Shown here one piece after another: positions 8,226 to 15,748 of a stretch of DNA of 15,748 bases (position 1 is its first letter; the number at the start of each line of letters is the position of its first letter). The position numbers and the translations under genes were made by a program. The notes under the pieces were generated by a model. The model did no database searches. It saw only the letters and a program-made list of their open reading frames with translations, and was not told the DNA's origin. This DNA is from Candidatus Asgardarchaeum abyssi (GTDB lineage Archaea > Asgardarchaeota > Asgardarchaeia > Asgardarchaeales > Asgardarchaeaceae): contig JBECUL010000019.1 of assembly GCA_040225955.1 (NCBI GenBank), positions 1 through 15,748 on the forward strand, read 5' to 3'.

Positions 8226-8954
8226 ATGATTAGACCAGATATTCCAAAATTTATACCTACCGCGGAGGCAGAGCTTCTAATTTTCCTTCTCGATTCGTCA
8301 ACAAGTATGGCTAGTACAAAAACCTTTGATGGAAGAACAAAATCAACACACTTGTACTTATTAGTGCAACATCTTCTAAAAAGATTACTCAAGAGCCCCA
8401 AGAGGAATACATTTAGATTTTGCTTTATCTATTTCTCAGATATAATAAAAGTTCTCAAAAGTTATACCTCAGAATACTATCCAGTCAATATTGCATTAAA
8501 AATATTAAAAGAACCGTTTGACATTATTCCTGGCGGCGCTACAGCAATAGGATACGCTCTAAGAGAAGCAATGAAAGTTCTAGATCACTTCATGAAGGAC
8601 GAAGGAATACCTGATGTCAAAAGTTCAACGATATTTCTATTTACCGATGGGCGAGAAAATTTAATATCGCACGACAATCTTATAGCCATAGCAAACCAGT
8701 TAAAGAGTCATATCATAGCACCATCACTTGCTACAATCTCCTTGGGAAAAGATGCAGATAAAAACACACTTATAGAAATTGCAAGTAACCCAAATGATAG
8801 ACAATTACGTCACCTAGATATGGCAAATTTAATTGATTTCCTGGAGAGAAAAGATAAATTATTCTTAGAGGGACATGAGGGAGATAAGTTCACACGAAAA
8901 CGAGTTGAAATTCTAAGAAATTTTGTAGAAACTTTATCTACAACACGAAAATAA
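8226..8954 (+). CDS. TerY-like vWA domain protein, copy 2
   Basis: MIDAS DSSTS, GGATAI, FTDG. Colinear paralog of 4768-5499 (26 of the first 50 residues identical; shared DEGIP, NDRQxRHLD, RNFVETLS). GGGTGA SD. Confidence 0.9.
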   Translation: MIRPDIPKFIPTAEAELLIFLLDSSTSMASTKTFDGRTKSTHLYLLVQHLLKRLLKSPKRNTFRFCFIYFSDIIKVLKSYTSEYYPVNIALKILKEPFDIIPGGATAIGYALREAMKVLDHFMKDEGIPDVKSSTIFLFTDGRENLISHDNLIAIANQLKSHIIAPSLATISLGKDADKNTLIEIASNPNDRQLRHLDMANLIDFLERKDKLFLEGHEGDKFTRKRVEILRNFVETLSTTRK

Positions 8955-9326
8955 AAATATGATTAGCTTCTGTGAAACAATTTTATTAAAAGCTTATCAT
9001 TAATTAGGTAGCTGGCTTATTATTTTTCCTACAGATATTATTACAATACAAAAATAGTAGTAATGATCTTATTTGGAGTCATTGTTGATTAGTTTCTTAC
9101 TACATGGAAAATTTTTGTTGCTTTATAAGAAGAAAGATGATACCTGCAAATTAGGTGATTTTGAGAAATGTTAAATAAGAACGGGGTTGTAATTAAATGT
9201 GTATTTGGCACTCATCTTTTGATGTTTTCATACAAGAAAATAGAGATACGCATTTACTAAGGATAAGGAACACGACTATTATTGATTATTTTTTATTTTA
9301 AATTCTTAAAATAAAGAAGTAAGTAA

Positions 9327-10289
9327 TCATAAGATTTCATTTATGTTTATTTCTTCAAGTATACCCTTGTTAAGGCCCCATCTTCTCCATTCTGCAAAAT
9401 TCGTCACATTTTCTTGCTCTATGATGTTTCTCAGTTCTATAATTTTCTTTAAGAATGGCGATAACTTAACCACTCTTTTTTCAAGGTCCGCGATAAATAA
9501 TCTCTTCAATTTTGCTTTCTCAATTTTCAATTCTTTCTCTACATAGTTCAAGAACTGTTTCTCATTCATAATTCCTCCAAGCTCGTTGAACTTTCTACTT
9601 ATATTGTCAATTACATCCATAGATAAACTAAACAAATAAAGTTCATTCCAATTCTCAAGAAGCTTCCTTACAATTCCTGGTGTAACTTCTTTTGGAAAAT
9701 TACTTAAGAATTCAGGGTGAAGCAATTCCACATCATTTTGAAATATATAATAATAAACAGTAGGCGTTGCATAAAGAGTACCAGTAACCAGGAGAGACGC
9801 ATTTATTTGATTAGACCCTCCAATCATGTTTACCCAGACTTCTTTATCACGTAAAGACTTCATAGTAACACCTATCTTATAAAAACAATCCTCAAAGCTC
9901 TGATGTTTTACTTCAAGAAAATATACTCTCTTAAGCTTTCTAACGACATCTTCCAAATTCTGAGTCCTTAATTCGTTTAGGAGTTTAGAGACGAATTTTA
10001 AAAATATGCTCTTAAAATCCGCGCTTTTAATAACACCAATGTTAAACCATTTCGATCTTACAGGTTTTATTTTACATTCACCAGAAATCACCTCTCTCGA
10101 TGTAAATAAAATAATTACCTCAGGAGCACCTCTATACTTTTCACTTTTCTCTCCCGATTGGTTAAAGAAGTCCTTTGCTTCATTGATGTTATCAGAATAT
10201 GCTGCTTTCAATAATAAGTAAACATAAGATAGTGGAACAGTAACGCTTCCAGGAGATAGCCCTACACCGCTCAAATGGTATACTCCCAT
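9327..10289 (-). CDS. divergent CARF-domain protein with C-terminal helical/wHTH-like region
   Basis: Motif I YHLSGVGLSPGSVT, IILFTS strand, motif II VWVNMIGGSNQIN followed by YYY; AGGTGA SD 6 nt upstream of the ATG. Confidence 0.7.
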   Translation of the reverse strand: MGVYHLSGVGLSPGSVTVPLSYVYLLLKAAYSDNINEAKDFFNQSGEKSEKYRGAPEVIILFTSREVISGECKIKPVRSKWFNIGVIKSADFKSIFLKFVSKLLNELRTQNLEDVVRKLKRVYFLEVKHQSFEDCFYKIGVTMKSLRDKEVWVNMIGGSNQINASLLVTGTLYATPTVYYYIFQNDVELLHPEFLSNFPKEVTPGIVRKLLENWNELYLFSLSMDVIDNISRKFNELGGIMNEKQFLNYVEKELKIEKAKLKRLFIADLEKRVVKLSPFLKKIIELRNIIEQENVTNFAEWRRWGLNKGILEEININEIL

Positions 10290-10412
10290 AAAGTATCACC
10301 TATTAATTTCAATTAATTTATTTATTCTACTTCCTAAATTATTAGTGTCTTTGCTAAATCTTTAAAGCTAAAGACTTTAAGATTTTGAGATTAACAGATC
10401 TGTCAATAATAA

Positions 10413-11162
10413 TTATTGTGCCATGTTCTTTCTATATTTATTTATTTCTTCTACCTTCTCAGCAATCCGTATAATACATTCTCCATCTTTAGTTATCTCT
10501 ATCAGAAAACGACGTTTATCCTCCTCTAAAGGTACTTTCTTGATAAATCCAAAACGTGCTAGTTCATTTATTTTCTCCGAAAGTTTACCTTTACTTCTAC
10601 CAATCTTCTCTACCTCACTTACGCTAAGCTTTTTTTCTATTTGCTGTGCAAGCTGTGCATACTGTTTTATCTTAATTCCTTCCTTTTTCACCTCACGTAA
10701 AACCTTCAAAATCATAAGCTTTGTCTCACTCGGTAGACGAATACTTATCTTAGGCAGGTTTAACTTTATAATTCTCTCATTTCGATAATCATAAAAGAAA
10801 TAATATATGCCATCTACCCTCGCAAGAATAGCTGCTGTTATAGCAGCTAATGTCATAATCCTCGTGCCACCACTAGCATCGACAATTACTTCACATTCTT
10901 TTTCTTTCTTATATATCCCTAAAATGCAATCAATTATTCTCCCGACAGTTCTCCAATAATCAAGAGAGTCAACCTCAATAACCTTAATTTCGGAACTAGC
11001 AAGGCCAAAATTATTTGTAATCTCGTCTACAATCTCATAAGCTTTCTCCTTGGTCTCACTTGATGGAAAAAGATAAACACCACTGCATCCTGTAGTAAAC
11101 ATTCCATGGAGTATCGTTTTCTTTGTATAATCTCCAACTGTTGCAAGATAATACCTCTTCAA
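10413..11162 (-). CDS. csa3: Csa3-like CARF-wHTH transcriptional regulator
   Basis: YLATVG...VIVDASGGTRIMTLA CARF domain plus a MarR-like wHTH (ILKVL...QLAQ...INELARFGFIKK...IEITKDG). Likely start is TTG 11162 after a GGTGA SD (ORF track start 11174). Confidence 0.85.
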   Translation of the reverse strand: MKRYYLATVGDYTKKTILHGMFTTGCSGVYLFPSSETKEKAYEIVDEITNNFGLASSEIKVIEVDSLDYWRTVGRIIDCILGIYKKEKECEVIVDASGGTRIMTLAAITAAILARVDGIYYFFYDYRNERIIKLNLPKISIRLPSETKLMILKVLREVKKEGIKIKQYAQLAQQIEKKLSVSEVEKIGRSKGKLSEKINELARFGFIKKVPLEEDKRRFLIEITKDGECIIRIAEKVEEINKYRKNMAQ

Positions 11163-11359
11163 TAAAATCACCAAATTATGCGATGTGAATCACCATATAT
11201 TACTATTACTTTGTACATGACCTCTTATCATTTTCGATATTTTTGAAATTTTTCTCTCTTTTTTGGAATGTTCCCATTTCTTCGAAACATTTCTCTGCAA
11301 AATCAATGTCATCGATCTGAAATGTATTATATAAAAATAAGATACGAGGTGATAACACG

Positions 11360-11434
11360 GTGGAGCTGCAATTTTCCGAACCAGAGCCAGATTGGCCGCC
11401 TGATGATCCCCATCCATTACCATGGGATGGTTAA
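11360..11434 (+). CDS. putative 24-aa Pro/Asp/Trp-rich peptide MELQFSEPEPDWPPDDPHPLPWDG
   Basis: GAGGTGA SD at 11346-11352, 7 nt before the GTG; GC-rich island in AT-rich DNA; pyrimidine tract downstream. Confidence 0.4.
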   Translation: MELQFSEPEPDWPPDDPHPLPWDG

Positions 11435-11788
11435 CTGGGTAGGGCGGCCAGTAATCTCTTCTCTTCTTTTTATATTTAAGATCCATAGCATATGCTAATA
11501 TTTTTACACATGCTTAATTCTTATTATTACATTTGTAGTAGACTATAAACCAAAAATAGAAAAGTCACATGTTCTAATCATAAGATGATACCAGCTTAAA
11601 AGCAAAATTATTTTTAAAATTAGGAAATCTATTTTGTATTCTCATAACAGTCTTATCAACAGTCTGAAATTATTTCTGACTTTGTCTACATTTCATTAAT
11701 TCCAATAATTATACATCATACATTAGTTCATAATATTTACAGTAATTACAGTAATTCGTTTATTATTATTCACATTTTTATAGTTCGA

Positions 11789-12056
11789 TTGGTAATTTTT
11801 GCGGCAGGAATCCTTAGTTATGGCGTTCACGAATTATTAGAAGTACTGGAACTTGTAGGTGTAGGCATAGGTGTCCTCGATGCAGAGGCATTTAACATAA
11901 ATCCGCCAGTAAATCCAGATGGTAGCTATCCTTCACTTCACGAAAAAGGGTAATCGGCAGCTTTTTAAAGTCCTTAATTGGATACGATGGAAATCCTGAA
12001 GTTTAAGAGTTATTGTTTATGTTATGTACTGACTGATTGTGGATTTCTCTTCGTAA
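11789..12056 (+). pseudogene. C-terminal remnant of an FTR1-family iron permease
   Basis: Reads LVIFAAGILSYGVHELLE...AFNINPPVNPDGSYPSLHEKG / (frameshift ~11950) VIGSFLKSLIGYDGNPE / (frameshift ~12001) LRVIVYVMY*LIV. The TGA at 12030 sits where FTR1 has YW. No N-terminal part is present. Confidence 0.75.
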
Positions 12057-12449
12057 AACAACATTTAAGAGAACTAAGTAAAACGCGGACCGTTTTTTTA
12101 TTTTATTAATCATTCTGTCCCTAGTTGTGGAAGGGCATTTCGCGAGCATGATGAAAAGCCCATAATAGTGATATCTAGAACGTGCAATATTGGAGATTTA
12201 TTCTCCTAATTTTTGAGATACAGTACGATCAGCTGCTGGAACCAAAATGCATTATCAGTTATTCTACTGATTTTCATTGAAACACTATTATGTTAAGTAA
12301 ACTTTACTGCCTACAATCCTCTTACCAATAAACCCATTTAAATATCTAAACGTTAAAATAAGCCGCGATGTTCACCATCACCATCTCTTAAATATTTCAC
12401 AACCATAAAATATGTCGTTTACCACACTATGCAAAGATAAATTAAAAAA

Positions 12450-12804
12450 TTATAGTTTCAAAAAATTGAAACTAAATTCTAAAACAAACCAAAAAATGAA
12501 AAATTTTTTCATTTGCATATGCGAAAAATTTAAATACTAAAAAAATAACATCGTTATGCTAATTAAAAAGAAGTCTCCTTTGCCTTTTTAAAATTTTAAT
12601 CACTTATTTTCCTTATTTTGCCTTCCATTACTATATAATCTCCTCGTTATAAAAAATAAGGAATACCTTCCAATATCACATCGTTATAGCTAACCGAAAA
12701 ATTTAAAAATTAAACTCAAAATTTACGCGAAATATTCTCAAATTTTTGAAACATGCAACTTGATATAAAGCGCAGAAAAATTTATTAGGAACTTTCAACA
12801 TACC
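12450..12804 (+). promoter_or_regulatory. CRISPR leader with archaeal BRE-TATA elements
   Basis: AT-rich, no ORF, abuts repeat 1. CGAAAAATTTAAA at 12522-12534 and 12695-12707, GAAAAATTTATTA at 12775-12787. The 5' boundary is approximate. Confidence 0.75.
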
Positions 12805-15747
12805 GTTGTATCGAATGCCTCGATGAATAGAGGACGGCAACTCCCTGACAATTATGTCATAGTTGTCCTCGCTAGTTTCAAGTTGTATCGAATGCCTCGA
12901 TGAATAGAGGACGGCAACATATGTATAAAGAATACAGCACCAAAATCTCTAATCTTTGCCTGTTGTATCGAATGCCTCGATGAATAGAGGACGGCAACAG
13001 GGTATTGTTCGATGCAATCGCCGTAATATAGATATTATTTCGTTGTATCGAATGCCTCGATGAATAGAGGACGGCAACAATAGCTCCAAAGTTTGTCGGG
13101 CCACTGTTTGGTACTAATAGATGTTGTATCGAATGCCTCGATGAATAGAGGACGGCAACTATCTTTCTAGCTGTCTTTTTGCAACACTAAGAACATAATC
13201 AGGGGTGTTGTATCGAATGCCTCGATGAATAGAGGACGGCAACACGCGTTTAAATACACTTTTTGCTATCTCACCAACTCTTACATGTTGTATCGAATGC
13301 CTCGATGAATAGAGGACGGCAACATTCTACTGCCTCGAACACCTCCCTGCAATTAACACCTAGCAGTTGTATCGAATGCCTCGATGAATAGAGGACGGCA
13401 ACGGGTTTGAACTCACCAACTATTGGGAATCTGCCACGCACCTTTTGTTGTATCGAATGCCTCGATGAATAGAGGACGGCAACCTATCAAGAGTACAGGA
13501 GTTAGGTCATAAGCCTCTATTTCATGTGTTGTATCGAATGCCTCGATGAATAGAGGACGGCAACCCCATCTTGCTGCCACCACCTCAACGATCTCACTGA
13601 AGTACAAGTTGTATCGAATGCCTCGATGAATAGAGGACGGCAACAAACTTTTTTCTGCAAACCTCACAAATATAAATGCAATAGTTCCCTTGTTGTATCG
13701 AATGCCTCGATGAATAGAGGACGGCAACAATTGTCTCTTTATTCTCTTTTCAATTTCCTCTCTCGTTAATTGTTGTATCGAATGCCTCGATGAATAGAGG
13801 ACGGCAACCCCAGTCATCTCCTATTCCGAGCCAACCTGCTCGAATTGGTAAGTTGTATCGAATGCCTCGATGAATAGAGGACGGCAACAAATCTGAAGTC
13901 TGGGTTCGAACCCAGACTTCATCATCTATAACAAGTTGTATCGAATGCCTCGATGAATAGAGGACGGCAACTTTTCTTTTTTCCTCTGTGTTCTCAAATT
14001 TATCATAAAGGGCTTTGTTGTATCGAATGCCTCGATGAATAGAGGACGGCAACCTTTATCTTTCTCAATTCGAGATTTTTCAGCAGTTTTCTTGTTGTAT
14101 CGAATGCCTCGATGAATAGAGGACGGCAACGTCTAATCACTGGTTGTGTCAAAAATGTTCGGATATTTTCAATTTGTTCTTTGTTGTATCGAATGCCTCG
14201 ATGAATAGAGGACGGCAACGTCTAATCCCTGAAACGGCAGTGTCGTCGGGTACTAAGTTATAGTTGTATCGAATGCCTCGATGAATAGAGGACGGCAACA
14301 TGCCAACACACTTTTTCATTTTCTCTTCTTCCTTTTGTTTATGTTGTATCGAATGCCTCGATGAATAGAGGACGGCAACAGAAAGTGAGGGTGAGGTCAC
14401 CCTCATCGAGGTGCAATAAAAACGATACTGATATGTTGTATCGAATGCCTCGATGAATAGAGGACGGCAACTTCTTCAAGTTTACAAGCTCTCTTCAGCA
14501 GTTTGTTTAATGGTTGTATCGAATGCCTCGATGAATAGAGGACGGCAACACTGCGTCAATGTACTCAGAAAACAACAAGGTACTTTCTGTTTGTTGTATC
14601 GAATGCCTCGATGAATAGAGGACGGCAACATTTTTTCTGGTATCTCCATTTCGAGAATTTGCTCAGGCGTTGTATGTTGTATCGAATGCCTCGATGAATA
14701 GAGGACGGCAACTTGCCTGAATATCAGCAAATATGCTTTATAAGGATCATTGTTGTATCGAATGCCTCGATGAATAGAGGACGGCAACAAAAGTCCATTG
14801 CAAGTCATTGAACTCCGCAACAACACTGTTTATGTTGTATCGAATGCCTCGATGAATAGAGGACGGCAACTCGTAAATATTCATATCTGCCACCATTTAT
14901 TTTGACGCAAGTTGTATCGAATGCCTCGATGAATAGAGGACGGCAACATCAATGGTCTGTCTTCGTTCGATATAGTCTATCTCTGCGTTGTATCGAATGC
15001 CTCGATGAATAGAGGACGGCAACATGCCAACACACTTTTTCATTTTCTCTTCTTCCTTTTGTTTATGTTGTATCGAATGCCTCGATGAATAGAGGACGGC
15101 AACAGAAAGTGAGGGTGAGGTCACCCTCATCGAGGTGCAATAAAAACGATACTGATATGTTGTATCGAATGCCTCGATGAATAGAGGACGGCAACTTCTT
15201 CAAGTTTACAAGCTCTCTTCAGCAGTTTGTTTAATGGTTGTATCGAATGCCTCGATGAATAGAGGACGGCAACACTGCGTCAATGTACTCAGAAAACAAC
15301 AAGGTACTTTCTGTTTGTTGTATCGAATGCCTCGATGAATAGAGGACGGCAACATTTTTTCTGGTATCTCCATTTCGAGAATTTGCTCAGGCGTTGTATG
15401 TTGTATCGAATGCCTCGATGAATAGAGGACGGCAACTTGCCTGAATATCAGCAAATATGCTTTATAAGGATCATTGTTGTATCGAATGCCTCGATGAATA
15501 GAGGACGGCAACAAAAGTCCATTGCAAGTCATTGAACTCCGCAACAACACTGTTTATGTTGTATCGAATGCCTCGATGAATAGAGGACGGCAACTCGTAA
15601 ATATTCATATCTGCCACCATTTATTTTGACGCAAGTTGTATCGAATGCCTCGATGAATAGAGGACGGCAACATCAATGGTCTGTCTTCGTTCGATATAGT
15701 CTATCTCTGCGTTGTATCGAATGCCTCGATGAATAGAGGACGGCAAC
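12805..15747 (+). CRISPR. CRISPR array, 37 repeats of GTTGTATCGAATGCCTCGATGAATAGAGGACGGCAAC (37 bp), 36 spacers of 39-55 nt (27 unique); type III-like repeat; truncated by window end
   Basis: Identical repeats from 12805 to 15711-15747. The CCTC/GAGG stem and GAGGACGGCAAC 3' end resemble type III-A repeats (…GGGGACGGAAAC). The leader on the left supports + orientation. Confidence 0.99.
14263..15710 (+). repeat. 724-bp tandem duplication of 9 repeat-spacer units
   Basis: Spacers 19-27 (unit 14263-14986) recur identically and in order as spacers 28-36 (14987-15710). Confidence 0.97.
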
Positions 15748-15748
15748 A

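Noticed and set aside
9168-9260. 30-aa ORF MLNKNGVVIKCVFGTHLLMFSYKKIEIRIY after AGGTGA
   Set aside because: SD spacing is long (9 nt) and there are no motifs; possibly a decayed continuation of the operon but unsupported.
11190-11498. Overlapping 98-aa (-) and 76-aa (+) ORFs
   Set aside because: No SD and implausible composition; better explained by the GC-rich island and the SD-led 24-aa ORF in another frame.
11875-11888. CCTCGATGCAGAGG resembling the repeat hairpin core (possible degenerate repeat or CreA-like RNA)
   Set aside because: Lies in frame within the FTR1 remnant (VLDAEA) and the flanks do not match the repeat.
12110-12220. CPSCG-like Zn-ribbon fragment
   Set aside because: Requires a frameshift, is very short, and has no start or recognisable family.
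13900-13915. GGGTTCGAACCC resembling a tRNA T-arm in spacer 14
   Set aside because: Loop/stem register does not fit a 7-nt T-loop and no other tRNA arms are present; treated as a palindrome instead.
13413-15550. Minus-strand ORFs across the array (LPSSIHRGIRYN, CRPLFIEAFDTT, VAVLYSSRHSIQ repeats)
   Set aside because: Translations of the reverse-complement CRISPR repeat, which has no stop in any frame; not genes.

Overview
AT-rich, almost certainly archaeal locus (GGTGA/GGAGG Shine-Dalgarno motifs, BRE-TATA elements). It is a CRISPR accessory/adaptation region with no cas10, cas3 or effector genes in the window. From left to right: (1) a minus-strand operon cas6 - PIN nuclease - cas1 - stand-alone CARF - wHTH/Cas2-like (PaaX-like) gene, the last running off the window edge and absent from the ORF track; (2) a divergently transcribed five-gene TerY-P-like phospho-signalling cassette (vWA, Ser/Thr kinase, PP2C with a ~200-aa helical insert, TerY-C metal-binding protein, second vWA); (3) two minus-strand CARF genes (a divergent CARF and a Csa3-like CARF-wHTH regulator); (4) a 1.6-kb gap holding a small structured peptide ORF, a decayed FTR1 iron-permease fragment and a motif-rich leader; (5) a type III-like CRISPR array of 37 identical 37-bp repeats and 36 spacers (27 unique, with a 9-spacer block duplicated in tandem), cut by the window end. 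The best candidate for an undescribed system is the TerY-P-like kinase/phosphatase/vWA module sitting between cas genes and CARF sensors. All family assignments come from reading motifs by eye; no database search was run.
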